Assembly (NCBI GenBank): GCA_040882355.1
Contig: JBBEBM010000053.1
Coordinates: forward strand, 1-64,000
DNA from: Dehalococcoidia bacterium
GTDB lineage: Bacteria > Chloroflexota > Dehalococcoidia > DSTF01 > RBG-16-68-14
Direction of reading: 5' to 3'
Length of the DNA stretch: 64,000 nt
Shown here: positions 10,210 through 19,803 of the stretch, piece by piece
Numbering within the stretch: the stretch's first letter is position 1
Layout of the letters: each line of letters starts with the position of its first letter
Notes under the pieces: model-generated
Database searches by the model: none
What the model was told of the DNA's origin: nothing
What the model saw: only the letters and a program-made list of their open reading frames with translations
Position numbers and translations under genes: made by a program

Positions 10210-11310
10210 GTGGCAGAAGTAAGCATCCCATCGGGGCCGCAGCAGCTGACTCCCGAGTGGCTCACGCAGGCCCTCCGTTCGGGCGGCGCGATCAAGAACG
10301 CTTCGGTCACATCACTCGACACGACGGTCATCGGCGAGGGCGCCGGCTTCCTCGGACAGCTCGCGCTGGTCCGGCTTCACTACAATCAGGCAGAGGAGGG
10401 GGCGCCCCAATCACTCATCGCGAAGCTGCCCGCCGCAGCCCAGGAGAACAAAGAGATCGCGCAGTTCTTCCGCTTCTACGAGCGGGAGGTGCGATTCTAC
10501 GACGAGATCGCGGCGAACGTCGAGCTGCGAACGCCTCGCCTCTACTTCAGCCACTTCGACGCCGGTTCGGGCGACTTCTGCCTGCTGATCGAGGACCTTG
10601 CGCCGGCGTGCGTGGGCGATCAGCTCACCGGCTGCTCGGGCCAGCACGTCGAGCTCGCCATTCGTGAGCTGGCGAAGTTCCACGCGGCGTGGTGGGAGCA
10701 TCCGCGCCTGGCGGAACTCGACTGGCTGCCCTCGATACACGACGAGTGGTACGTGGAGGCCGTCCAGGGCGGTTACTTGCAGGCCTGGGGGCCCTTCATC
10801 GACTACTTCGGAGATCGCCTCCTCCCGGCGATGCGCGACCTTGGCGAGCGCTACGGGCAGCGGATCCCGCAGCTCATGAACTACTTCGGCACGGCCCCGT
10901 GCACGATCATCCACGGCGACTATCGCCTGGACAACCTCTTTTTCGACGCGGCGAAGGGCGGAACGTCGTTCGCCGTCATCGACTGGCAGATCTCGGCACG
11001 AGCGCGCGGCGTCTTCGATGTCGCGTACTTCCTGGCGGGCACGCTCCCGTCCGACGAGCGCAAGGTCGGCGAGCGCGACCTCGTGCGCATGTACCACGAT
11101 CTCCTGGAAGAGGGCGGCGTGAGCGGCTACAGCTTCGACCAGTGCTGGGAGGACTACCGCCGCTCGCTGCTCTTCCTGCTGAACTACGCCGTCATCGGCA
11201 TCGGCTCGCTCGACTTGGCGAACGAGCGCGGCGTCGAGCTGTTCGAGATGATCGCGCAGCGCACGCTCACGGCAATCGACGAACTCAACGCCGGCGAGCT
11301 GCTGCCGTAG
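10210..11310 (+). CDS. APH/ecdysteroid-kinase-like phosphotransferase
   Basis: IHGDYRLDNL and IDWQ motifs. Confidence 0.85.
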   Translation: MAEVSIPSGPQQLTPEWLTQALRSGGAIKNASVTSLDTTVIGEGAGFLGQLALVRLHYNQAEEGAPQSLIAKLPAAAQENKEIAQFFRFYEREVRFYDEIAANVELRTPRLYFSHFDAGSGDFCLLIEDLAPACVGDQLTGCSGQHVELAIRELAKFHAAWWEHPRLAELDWLPSIHDEWYVEAVQGGYLQAWGPFIDYFGDRLLPAMRDLGERYGQRIPQLMNYFGTAPCTIIHGDYRLDNLFFDAAKGGTSFAVIDWQISARARGVFDVAYFLAGTLPSDERKVGERDLVRMYHDLLEEGGVSGYSFDQCWEDYRRSLLFLLNYAVIGIGSLDLANERGVELFEMIAQRTLTAIDELNAGELLP

Positions 11311-11329
11311 TAGCGGCACCGCTCTAACC

Positions 11330-11351
11330 GTAGCCCGGGCCTTCAGCCCGG
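11330..11351 (+). repeat. GTAG-type REP-like hairpin
   Basis: GTAGC-CCGGGC-CTTCA-GCCCGG. Confidence 0.55.
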
Positions 11352-11444
11352 CTGGCAATCGCGAGGCGTCGCTACGGCCTGCCCGTAGCCCCCTTCGTCT
11401 CGCTGACGGTATAATCGTTCCGCACCACGCCGGAAAGGGGCCCT

Positions 11445-12494
11445 ATGCCGCGGACGCCCAGCAGCATCGTCGTCCTCCTGTTCACGGATCTCGTGGGCTC
11501 CACCGAGCTGCTCGAGGCGCTCGGTGAAGACGCCGGTGAACAGCTTCGACGTACCCACTTCAGCATGCTTCGGGACGTGGTGAATGCCCGCGGCGGACAG
11601 GAGGTGAAGAGCCTCGGTGACGGCCTGATGGTCGTCTTCACCAGCGCCGTCGATGCGCTCGGCTGCGCCGTCGCGATGCAGCAGGCGGTGCAGGGCCACG
11701 ATCAGCTCCGCTCGCGCGTGCGTGTCGGCCTGCACGTGGGCGAGCCCATCCAGGACGAAGATGACTACTTCGGCATGCCCGTGGTGACCGCCACGCGGCT
11801 GTGCAGCAGCGCCCAGGGCGGCCAGATCCTCGCGTCGGACCTCGTGCGACGTCTAGTCGGCTCACGCGGGCAGTACACCTTCCGGGACCTGGGTGCGCTC
11901 CAGCTCAAGGGCATCGCCGAGCCGCTTGCTGCCTGCGAGGTCGCGTGGGAACCCGAGGTAGCCGCGCCGCCGTCAAGGCCGACCGCTGTGCGCGCCTTTC
12001 GCACCATCCTCTTCACGGACATCCACGCTTCGGGGGTGCTGTTTCAGCAAATTGGCGACGACCGGGCCTGGCTTATCAAGCAAACGTGGGCGCGCATGAC
12101 GCGGGAGGCCGTCGAGGCGCATGACGGTATAATCGTGAAGGAGCTTGGCGACGGCGCCCTGGCGTCGTTCTTATCCGCGACGAAAGCGGTGGAGTGCGCA
12201 GTCAGCATTCAAGGAGGGTTCGCGGCCCAAAAGGAAGCCGAGGAAACTCAGACGCAGGTGAAGATTGGGCTGAACGCCGGCGAGCCAATCGTCTCCGATG
12301 ACGACATCTTCGGCTCGGCGGTCTACCTGGCGAAACGAATCTGCGACGAGGCACAGCCCGGCCAGATCTTGGTTTCCGAGGCCGTACGTCAGATCGTGGC
12401 AGGCAAGGAGTTCCTCTTCGCCGACCAAGGCGAGACCGCCCTGCGCGGCTTCGAGGACCCAGTGCACCTGTACGAAGTGCGCTGGCGCGACTAG
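11445..12494 (+). CDS. protein with two tandem class III adenylate/guanylate cyclase domains
   Basis: LFTDLVGST..VKSLGDG..VGLHVGE and LFTDIHASG..VKELGDG..IGLNAGE. Confidence 0.88.
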   Translation: MPRTPSSIVVLLFTDLVGSTELLEALGEDAGEQLRRTHFSMLRDVVNARGGQEVKSLGDGLMVVFTSAVDALGCAVAMQQAVQGHDQLRSRVRVGLHVGEPIQDEDDYFGMPVVTATRLCSSAQGGQILASDLVRRLVGSRGQYTFRDLGALQLKGIAEPLAACEVAWEPEVAAPPSRPTAVRAFRTILFTDIHASGVLFQQIGDDRAWLIKQTWARMTREAVEAHDGIIVKELGDGALASFLSATKAVECAVSIQGGFAAQKEAEETQTQVKIGLNAGEPIVSDDDIFGSAVYLAKRICDEAQPGQILVSEAVRQIVAGKEFLFADQGETALRGFEDPVHLYEVRWRD

Positions 12495-12542
12495 AGCTAG
12501 TCCGGGAAGCTTGCCACACGCTCAACACAGGAGGTTCACAGC

Positions 12543-13436
12543 ATGGCCATCACGCTAATTACAGGCACGAGCACCGGCATCGGCCTCGCGACGGCGCTTC
12601 ACTTCGCCCGCAAGGGCCACGACGTCTACGCGACGATGCGCAACCCGGCCAGCGGGTCCGGCGCCCTGAAGGATGCGGCGCAGGCGGAAGGCCTGACCAT
12701 CAATGTCTCACAACTCGATGTAGACGATCCTGCCTCCATCGATCGCGCCGTCCGCGACGTGCTGGCTGACGCCGGGCGCATCGACGTGCTGGTGAACAAC
12801 GCCGGCATCGGCGACCTGGGCGTCGTCGAGAAGACGAACGACGACATCGCGAAGGCGATCTTCGAGACGAACTTCTTCGGGCCGCTGCGCCTGATCCGCG
12901 CCGTCCTCCCCGGCATGCGCGAGCGGCAGAGCGGCGCGATCGTCAACGTCAGCTCCGTCGCCGGGCAGATCTCGGGCGCGGGCATGAGCCTCTACAGCGC
13001 GACCAAGCATGCGATCGAGGCGCTCAGCCTGTCCCTCGCCGTCGAGGTCACCCAGTTCGGCATCCGCGTCGCCGTCATCGAGCCCGGCTTCATCGCCACG
13101 CCGATCATCGGCAAAGCTGTCGCCGTCATCCCCACGGACGACGATTCGCCGTACGCGGACCTCGAGCGCCGTCTCCTCACGCTCTACTCGCAGGCGATGC
13201 AGATCGGCGCCGACCCGAGCATCGTCGCGGAGGTGATCGAGCACGCCGCCACGACGAGCGAGCCGAAGTTCCGCTACCCGGTGGGGGTCGACGCGACCGC
13301 GTTCATCGAAGGGCGGCGCCGGATGACAGACGAAGAGTTCATCGCCGACCTCGGCGGCAGGATGACCGACGGAGAGTACTGGGCGAAGTTCGCTCACCGC
13401 TTCCCCATGCCCGCCGAGGAGCCGGCTGCCCCGTAA
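12543..13436 (+). CDS. SDR family oxidoreductase
   Basis: TGTSTGIG, NNAG, YSATK. Confidence 0.92.
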   Translation: MAITLITGTSTGIGLATALHFARKGHDVYATMRNPASGSGALKDAAQAEGLTINVSQLDVDDPASIDRAVRDVLADAGRIDVLVNNAGIGDLGVVEKTNDDIAKAIFETNFFGPLRLIRAVLPGMRERQSGAIVNVSSVAGQISGAGMSLYSATKHAIEALSLSLAVEVTQFGIRVAVIEPGFIATPIIGKAVAVIPTDDDSPYADLERRLLTLYSQAMQIGADPSIVAEVIEHAATTSEPKFRYPVGVDATAFIEGRRRMTDEEFIADLGGRMTDGEYWAKFAHRFPMPAEEPAAP

Positions 13437-13561
13437 GCAGGCCGCGCCGCTCCAACCTATGCAAAGCTCGGCGCAACCTTCCTCGGTCGCGCATCTCGAA
13501 CGACCGTCCGGGCGGGCCCCTCGCTATAATGATGGCGGCATTCGTGACAAGGAGCACAACC

Positions 13562-14566
13562 ATGCAGTACCGCAACCTCGGCGACACCGGCATCAGCGTC
13601 TCGGCGGTCGGCTTCGGCGTCTGGACGGTGAGCACCGGCTGGTGGGGCATCAAGGACGATGACTACGCCGTCGATCTGCTGCGCAAGGCTCACGCCGCCG
13701 GCGTCACCTTCTTCGACACCGCCGACACCTACGGCAACGGCAAGGGCGAGACGATCGTCGCGCGCGCGCTGAAGGACGTCCGCGACGAGATCGTCATCGC
13801 GACGAAGTTCGGCTACGACTTCTACAACCACGCGGACGAGCGGCGAGGACAGCAGGAGCTGCCGCAGGACTTCTCGCCCAAGTTCGTTCGCTTCGCCGTC
13901 GAGCAGAGCCTGCAGCGGCTGGAGACGGACCGCATCGACCTCTACCAGGTCCACAACCCGCGCATGACGGCCGTCGAGAACGATGAGCTGTTCGCCACGC
14001 TCGAAGACCTGAAGAGCGAGGGCAAGATCCGCGCCTACGGAGCCGCGCTCGGCCCGGCCATCGGCTGGGAGGAAGAGGGCCTCGCTTCGATGCGCACGCG
14101 CGAGATCGACGGCCTCCAGATCATCTACAACATGCTGGAGCAGGACCCGGGCCGCGCCTTCTTCCCGGACGCCCGCGAGCGCAACGTCGGCGTCCTCGTT
14201 CGCGTGCCGCACTCGTCCGGGATGCTGGAAGGCAAGTACACGAAGGACACGACGTTTCCGGAGAGCGACCACCGCAGCCACCGCCCGCGCGAGTGGCTGG
14301 TCGAGGGTCTGCAGAAGATCGAGCAGCTCGCGTTCCTCACCGAAGCCACGGGCCGCACGCTGGGGCAGGCGGCGATCCAGTTCATCCTCAACGAGCCAAG
14401 CATCGCCTCCGTGCTCCCGAACATCTACGACGAGGAGCAGCTCGCCGAGTTCGCCGCGGCGTCCGACACGGCCGGGCTGACGCAGGACGAGCTCGACCGT
14501 ATCGCCGACCTCTACGAACACGGCTTCTACCTCGACCGCGGCGAGCCGGTCGCGAGCGAGGCGTAA
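13562..14566 (+). CDS. aldo/keto reductase
   Basis: FDTADTYG, IATKFG, IDLYQVHN; AAGGAG SD. Confidence 0.92.
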   Translation: MQYRNLGDTGISVSAVGFGVWTVSTGWWGIKDDDYAVDLLRKAHAAGVTFFDTADTYGNGKGETIVARALKDVRDEIVIATKFGYDFYNHADERRGQQELPQDFSPKFVRFAVEQSLQRLETDRIDLYQVHNPRMTAVENDELFATLEDLKSEGKIRAYGAALGPAIGWEEEGLASMRTREIDGLQIIYNMLEQDPGRAFFPDARERNVGVLVRVPHSSGMLEGKYTKDTTFPESDHRSHRPREWLVEGLQKIEQLAFLTEATGRTLGQAAIQFILNEPSIASVLPNIYDEEQLAEFAAASDTAGLTQDELDRIADLYEHGFYLDRGEPVASEA

Positions 14567-14608
14567 CCCATGACCCGCGCCGCTGCCTTCTTCCCACGAC
14601 CGGCGCTC

Positions 14609-14652
14609 GTAGGGGCGACCATCTGGTCGCCCTGGGCGACGAAGTCGCCCCA
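14609..14652 (+). repeat. GTAG-type REP-like double hairpin
   Basis: GTAG-GGGCGACCA-TC-TGGTCGCCC followed by GGGCGAC-GAA-GTCGCCC. Confidence 0.6.
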
Positions 14653-14700
14653 ACGAATCGCCAGACCCACCGGGCGCGCCTTGCTGGGAGGAACGCGGCC

Positions 14701-15840
14701 ATGACCTCATCTCCTGGGCCCGGCGACGCATCGGCCCAGCCCACCCGTCGCCAGTACGTGAAGTTCACGTTCTTCAAGGTCGACCCGTCGTGGCGCCGCC
14801 TGCGCCCCGACGAGCGCGAGCAGGCGAAACAGGACCTCTGTCGCGCGGTCGAGTCGTACGGCGACCGCCTGCTCATCCGCAGCTACAGCCTGATCGGCCT
14901 GCGCGGCGACGCCGACATCCTCCTCTGGCAGGTCGGCGACGGGCTCGACGAGATCCAGGAGCTGACGACCGCTGTCTTCGGCAGCGCGATGGGCCCGTAC
15001 CTGAGCACCAGCCACGCCTACCTCGCCATGACGCGTCGCTCGATCTACGTCACGCCGAAGCTCGAGCACGAGCTGGGCGAGGGCGACCGTTCCGTCATCC
15101 GCCCTAGCGACGCGAAGTACTTCTTCGTCTACCCGTTCGTGAAGACGCGCGCCTGGTACAAGCTCACGAAGTCCGCGCGGCAGGGCATGATGGACGAGCA
15201 CATCGCCATCGGGCGGAAGTATCCGTCGGTCAAGCTGAACACCACGTACTCCTACGGCCTCGACGACCAGGAGTTCATGCTCTCGTTCGAGACGGACGAG
15301 CCGTCCGACTTCCTCGACCTCGTGATGGAGCTGCGCGAGACCGAAGCGAGCGGCTACACGCTGCGCGACACGCCGATCTTCAGTTGCATCGCGATGCCGC
15401 TGCGGCAGGCGCTCGACAGCCTGGGCGCGCCGGGCGACGCCGTCGCCGCGCCTGTGGCGCAAGACGGTGCAAGCGCCGGCGACGGCTGGGCGCGCGTCGC
15501 ATCGCTGGCAGAGCTGCCTTACGGCGGCAGCAAGGTCGTCTACGCGGGCGGCGAGCAGGTCGCGCTCTTCAACATTTCCGGGCGGCTCTACGCTGTCGCG
15601 AACCGCTGTCCGCACGCGAACGGCCCCCTCGCGGACGGCGAGGTCGACGGCACGACCGTCACCTGCCCCTGGCACGCCTCGCGCTTCGATCTCGAAACCG
15701 GCGCCGTGCTGGCCGGGCCCGCCGTCAAGCCGGTGGCGACGTACCAGGTGGAGGTGCGCGATGGCAAGGTCTACCTCTCGCCGGGCGGCGCCCTCGTCAC
15801 GACGGCGAGATCGCCATCGCCTGCGCCGCCCACCTCGTAG
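14701..15840 (+). CDS. coproheme decarboxylase-like (ChdC/HemQ, chlorite dismutase family) protein fused to a Rieske [2Fe-2S] domain
   Basis: YPFVKTRAWY, MMDEH, YSYGLDDQEF; C-terminal CPH..CPWH Rieske motif. Confidence 0.85.
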   Translation: MTSSPGPGDASAQPTRRQYVKFTFFKVDPSWRRLRPDEREQAKQDLCRAVESYGDRLLIRSYSLIGLRGDADILLWQVGDGLDEIQELTTAVFGSAMGPYLSTSHAYLAMTRRSIYVTPKLEHELGEGDRSVIRPSDAKYFFVYPFVKTRAWYKLTKSARQGMMDEHIAIGRKYPSVKLNTTYSYGLDDQEFMLSFETDEPSDFLDLVMELRETEASGYTLRDTPIFSCIAMPLRQALDSLGAPGDAVAAPVAQDGASAGDGWARVASLAELPYGGSKVVYAGGEQVALFNISGRLYAVANRCPHANGPLADGEVDGTTVTCPWHASRFDLETGAVLAGPAVKPVATYQVEVRDGKVYLSPGGALVTTARSPSPAPPTS

Positions 15841-15860
15841 GGGCGTTCCACCGAAAGCCC

Positions 15861-16565
15861 CTACCCCCAGGTCCCAAACGTTGCCGTCGCAAACAGCACC
15901 GCAAATTCCCGGCACCACACCACCGCGCTCTTGAACTGCGAGACGTCCGTGCCCGCGGGCACCTCGTAGTTGAACGCGCCGTCGGTCGCCTTCAGCTCGC
16001 CCAGGTTGATCGCGCCCTCTGCGTATCCACCACCGTCCGGCGAGAGGTAGACGAAAAGGTCCGGCCCGTTCCGCACCGAGAACTCCTCGAACCGGAGCGT
16101 GTAACGCCCGGGCTCCGTCTCGATGAGCAGCGCCGCGCCGCGCCCGAAGTGGAAGTCGTCCGCCCCGACGAACTCGCCCTGCTGCACCACCCGCGGCTCG
16201 AAGGCCGGCGCCGCCGCCGGCCCACTGGCGACGGTCGGCACTGCCGCCGCCTCCGCCTCATCCCCTTCGGGCGTCGCACCCTCGGCCTGCGCGTCGGGCG
16301 CCGGCGCTAGGGGACTCGCCTCCTCCAAGTGCGTGCGCTCCCACAGCGGCGATAGTGCATACCACCCCGCCGGCGCGACGACCGCCACCAGCGGGACTGC
16401 GACGAGCGCCGTCGCGAGCCAGTGGCGGGCGAACGTTCGGTGCCAGCCCTGACGATAAGCGAACGCAACGAACGCCGCAATCACGATCAGCACGGCGATG
16501 GTAATCGGCCAGCGGTACGGATAGAGGTCGGACGCGAAGCGTTCCAGGTCGCCGAAGATCGACAT
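15861..16565 (-). CDS. membrane-anchored DM13 domain protein
   Basis: two N-terminal TM segments; HFGRG, NGPDLFVYLS, LGELKA..G..NY, VVWC. Confidence 0.88.
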   Translation of the reverse strand: MSIFGDLERFASDLYPYRWPITIAVLIVIAAFVAFAYRQGWHRTFARHWLATALVAVPLVAVVAPAGWYALSPLWERTHLEEASPLAPAPDAQAEGATPEGDEAEAAAVPTVASGPAAAPAFEPRVVQQGEFVGADDFHFGRGAALLIETEPGRYTLRFEEFSVRNGPDLFVYLSPDGGGYAEGAINLGELKATDGAFNYEVPAGTDVSQFKSAVVWCREFAVLFATATFGTWG

Positions 16566-16606
16566 GACACCCTCCAGATGAAGCTCTCCGATCGAGCTTA
16601 GCAGGG

Positions 16607-16628
16607 AGACCTTACGAAAGAATTACGA
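16607..16628 (-). promoter_or_regulatory. putative OmpR-family box, DM13 promoter
   Basis: minus strand TCGTAATTCTTTCGTAAGGTCT, GTAA repeats 11 bp apart, then TAAGCT -10 starting 15 bp after the last GTAA. Confidence 0.7.
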
Positions 16629-16676
16629 GGATGGCGGAACCCAGAGCATGTCGCGGGCACGCGCGTTCGGCGACCC

Positions 16677-16728
16677 GTAATCGTTTGGTAAGGCTTGTCA
16701 TAGCCGGGTCATATCGCGGCTCTAGCCT
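16677..16728 (+). promoter_or_regulatory. putative OmpR-family boxes and -10, spondin promoter
   Basis: GTAA 16677, GTAA 16688, GTCA 16697, GTCA 16708, TAGCCT 16723. Confidence 0.7.
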
Positions 16729-16831
16729 GTCCCTCAGTGTCAGGGGAGCCGCGAAAGGAGGGACCCGCCACAGCCAGACCAGATCGTATTCACCACATCA
16801 TTCGCATCCCAAAAGAGGAGGAACAGGCCTT

Positions 16832-17557
16832 ATGAAGAAGCTGCTCTTCAGCGCAGGTCTGGCGCTTCTGGTGATCGCGCTCTCAAGCGCGGCCGCCCAA
16901 GCGACGGGCAATCCGCACCTGCGCACCTACCAGATCACACTTGAGAACCTCACCGGCGGCCAGCCGTTCTCCCCGCCGGTCGCGGCGACGCACCGCCACG
17001 GCATCGAAGTCTTCGATGTGGGCAGCAGGGCGTCGCCCGAGCTGGAGCTCATCGCCGAGGACGGCAACGAGGTGCCGATGTTCGAGCGGCTGATGATGTC
17101 CAAGAAGGTGACGGAGGCGCTTGACATCGGTCGCCCGCTGACGCCGCATGGCACCACGGTCGGCGACTTCACGGACTCGGTCACATTCCAGATCGAGGCC
17201 CGGCCGGGCGACCGCTTCTCCCTCGCGACGATGCTCATCTGCACGAACGACGGCATCACCGGCCTGGACGGCATTCATCTGCCGCACCACGGAGAGCGCG
17301 TCTTCTACCTTGGCGGCTATGACGCGGGAACCGAGGACAACACGGAGGCGAGTCAGGACATCGTCGACCCGTGCAGCGCGCTCGGGCCCGCCCCGTTGGA
17401 CGGCGACCCCGACGGCAACGAGGACAGCGCGGTCGACACGCACCCCCAGCGGCGCGTCCGCCATCACCCCGGCATCGCGGGTCTTGACGATCTCGATCCC
17501 GAACTGCACGGCTGGAAGGGCCCCGTCGCTCGCGTGACGATCGAGCGAGTGGACTGA
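16832..17557 (+). CDS. secreted spondin-domain protein
   Basis: signal peptide, QPFSPPV..TH, MLICTNDG, YDAGTEDNTE; GAGGAGG SD. Confidence 0.85.
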   Translation: MKKLLFSAGLALLVIALSSAAAQATGNPHLRTYQITLENLTGGQPFSPPVAATHRHGIEVFDVGSRASPELELIAEDGNEVPMFERLMMSKKVTEALDIGRPLTPHGTTVGDFTDSVTFQIEARPGDRFSLATMLICTNDGITGLDGIHLPHHGERVFYLGGYDAGTEDNTEASQDIVDPCSALGPAPLDGDPDGNEDSAVDTHPQRRVRHHPGIAGLDDLDPELHGWKGPVARVTIERVD

Positions 17558-17631
17558 CCAGCCCGCCGGCGGACGCAGCCAGGAAGGGCCGGGCCGGATT
17601 CGCGCCCGGTCCTTCCCCTTCCCCAGGTGAG

Positions 17632-18912
17632 TCAGGATGCCGCCGCCGGCAGTCGCACCGTGAACGTCGCGCCGCGACCAGGCGCCGAGCTCGCCTCCAC
17701 CGCGCCGCCGTGCGCCTCGACGATGCCCTTGACGATCGCGAGGCCCAACCCCGCGCCGTCCGCGCCGTTCGTCGACCGCCTGCGCGACCGCTCCGCTCGG
17801 TAGAAGCGCTCCCATATCCGCGGCAGGTCGCTTCCGTCGATGCCCTCCCCGCTGTCGGAGACGCGCAGTCCCGCGAAGCCGTTCTCCGCGAACAGCCCGA
17901 TCTCCACCTGCCCGCCTTCGGGCGTGTGCTCGAGGGCGTTTCGGACCAGGTTGCCAATCGCACGCTCCATGCGCGCGCCATCTACCGTGACCGCGGACGG
18001 CTCGCCGCTGGGCTCGAGGCGCAGCTTCACGCCCTGACGGTGCGCCTGCGCCTGCATCGCGTCCACTACCTCCGCAGCCACCTCTTGCAGCGCGACGGGG
18101 CGCCGCTCCAGCCGCAACGCCCCCGCATCGAGCTGGGCGAGCTCGAACAGGTCGTCAATCATGCGGCTGAGGCGCTCAATCTCGCGTCGGATGGTGCCGT
18201 AGTAGCGATCTATCTCGGCCTCGTCCTGGACGACGCGATCGTCCAGGGCTTCGACCATGGCGCGCACACTGGCGAGCGGCGTCCGCAGGTCGTGCGAGAT
18301 CGCGGCGGTGAGCTCCCGCCGCTCGCGGTCGAGCGCGCGGCGCTGCTCCTCGGCACCCGCAAGCCTATCAGCCAGGTCGTTCACGTCGTTGGCGAGCTGC
18401 GAGACCTCATCGCCGCCCGAGATCTCGACGCGCGCCTGGTAATCGCCGCCTGCCAGCGCCCGGATGCCGCGAGCGACCTGCTCGATCCGCCCGGCTACGG
18501 TCGACGCTGCCCAGAGGCTGAAGAACAGGGTGACGATCGCGCTGAAGCCGATCAACGCCACGAGCAGCTTGAGATCGTGGGATGTCGACACGAACATGAG
18601 CTGCGCGACGATGAAGACGTTGAGCAGCGCGACGCCGCTGCCGACGGCGGCGCTCAGGAACGCCTTCGTCTGGATCGAGATGCCCACCGCGCGGTCGGCG
18701 ACGGTCAGCGCGGCCCAACCGGCGGCCATCGTCGCGGCGCCCGAGAGCGTCAGATAGGCCGTCATCGCCCGCATATCGCTCGATGGTGGCGCCATCAAGA
18801 GCTGCGTCAGCAGTAGGCCCGCGCCGATGGCGAGCGTCAGCGCCAGCACCGCGCCGAGCCAGGGCGGCGCGAGGCGCAATGGCGCGCGGGCGGCGTTCGC
18901 GCTACGGCTCAA
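17632..18912 (-). CDS. HAMP-domain sensor histidine kinase
   Basis: TM helices, ISHDLRTPL H-box, NLVRNA, DSGEG, GAGLGL. Confidence 0.95.
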   Translation of the reverse strand: MSRSANAARAPLRLAPPWLGAVLALTLAIGAGLLLTQLLMAPPSSDMRAMTAYLTLSGAATMAAGWAALTVADRAVGISIQTKAFLSAAVGSGVALLNVFIVAQLMFVSTSHDLKLLVALIGFSAIVTLFFSLWAASTVAGRIEQVARGIRALAGGDYQARVEISGGDEVSQLANDVNDLADRLAGAEEQRRALDRERRELTAAISHDLRTPLASVRAMVEALDDRVVQDEAEIDRYYGTIRREIERLSRMIDDLFELAQLDAGALRLERRPVALQEVAAEVVDAMQAQAHRQGVKLRLEPSGEPSAVTVDGARMERAIGNLVRNALEHTPEGGQVEIGLFAENGFAGLRVSDSGEGIDGSDLPRIWERFYRAERSRRRSTNGADGAGLGLAIVKGIVEAHGGAVEASSAPGRGATFTVRLPAAAS

Positions 18913-19603
18913 ACTTGTACCCCACTCCCCAGACCGTCTTCAGGTGCTTCGGCCGCGAGGGGTCGGCCTCGACCTTGGCGCGCAGGCGGCGCATGTGCAC
19001 CGTCACGGTGCTGGCGTCGCCGGCGAACTCGTAGTCCCAGACGGCGTCCATGACCTGCTCACGCGTGAACACCTGGCCCGGATGCTTCGCCAGGTGAAAG
19101 AGCAAGTCGAACTCGCGGGCCGTGAGCTTGATCGCGCCGCGCCGGTCCTCCACAGCGCGCGTCCGGCCGTTGATGCGCAGCTCCCCGAACCGGAGCGCTT
19201 CGCCGTCGACCTGCGCGGCGCGGCCGGAGCGCCGGAGGACGGCCTTCACGCGCGCCGCCAGCTCCCGCGGGCTGAACGGCTTCGTCACGTAGTCGTCGGC
19301 GCCCAGCTCCAGCCCGACGAGCTTGTCGAGCTCCTCGCCGCGCGCCGTGAGCATGATCACGGGCGTCTGCCCCTGCGCGCGCACCTGACGGCAGACCTCC
19401 ATGCCATCGACGCCCGGCAGCATCAGGTCCAGCACGATCAGGTCCGGCTGGAAGCGCTCGTAGTCATCGAGGGCGGCGCGCCCATCGTGAGCGACGCGCA
19501 CAGCGTAGCCGTCACGGCGCAGATAGCGCTCGACCACCTCCGCCACCATCGGTTCGTCCTCCACGACCAGAACACGCTGCTCGGCCATCGCTTCGCTTCT
19601 CAT
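18902..19603 (-). CDS. OmpR/PhoB family response regulator
   Basis: VVEDE, LDLMLP, GADDYVTKPF, TVWGVGYKF; AGGAG SD before ATG 19603. Confidence 0.95.
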   Translation of the reverse strand: MRSEAMAEQRVLVVEDEPMVAEVVERYLRRDGYAVRVAHDGRAALDDYERFQPDLIVLDLMLPGVDGMEVCRQVRAQGQTPVIMLTARGEELDKLVGLELGADDYVTKPFSPRELAARVKAVLRRSGRAAQVDGEALRFGELRINGRTRAVEDRRGAIKLTAREFDLLFHLAKHPGQVFTREQVMDAVWDYEFAGDASTVTVHMRRLRAKVEADPSRPKHLKTVWGVGYKFEP

Positions 19604-19644
19604 TTTACTCCTGCCAGGCAACTCTCCTTCTCAGGCTAACGGAT

Positions 19645-19665
19645 AGACCTTACGAATCCATTACA
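19645..19665 (-). promoter_or_regulatory. putative autoregulatory OmpR-family box
   Basis: minus strand TGTAATGGATTCGTAAGGTCT then TAGCCT; 12 bp identical to the DM13 box. Confidence 0.72.
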
Positions 19666-19715
19666 GCCCTTGCCTTCGGCCAGGCCGCTCCGCCACCGCC
19701 TCGACCCGGGCGCTG

Positions 19716-19767
19716 TTCAGACATTCGTAAGAAACGTCACCGCCAGGTCAGACCTGCCCGTTACGCT
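19716..19767 (+). promoter_or_regulatory. putative OmpR-family boxes and -10
   Basis: TTCA 19716, GTAA 19727, GTCA 19736, GTCA 19747, TACGCT 19762; same 11/9/11/15 spacing as the spondin promoter. Confidence 0.68.
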
Positions 19768-19803
19768 CTGCCCCACACGTCCGCAAAATCGAGAGGAGGT
19801 CTC

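Noticed and set aside
14701..15420. true chlorite dismutase
   Set aside because: Distal Arg appears absent and the YPFVK motif fits ChdC
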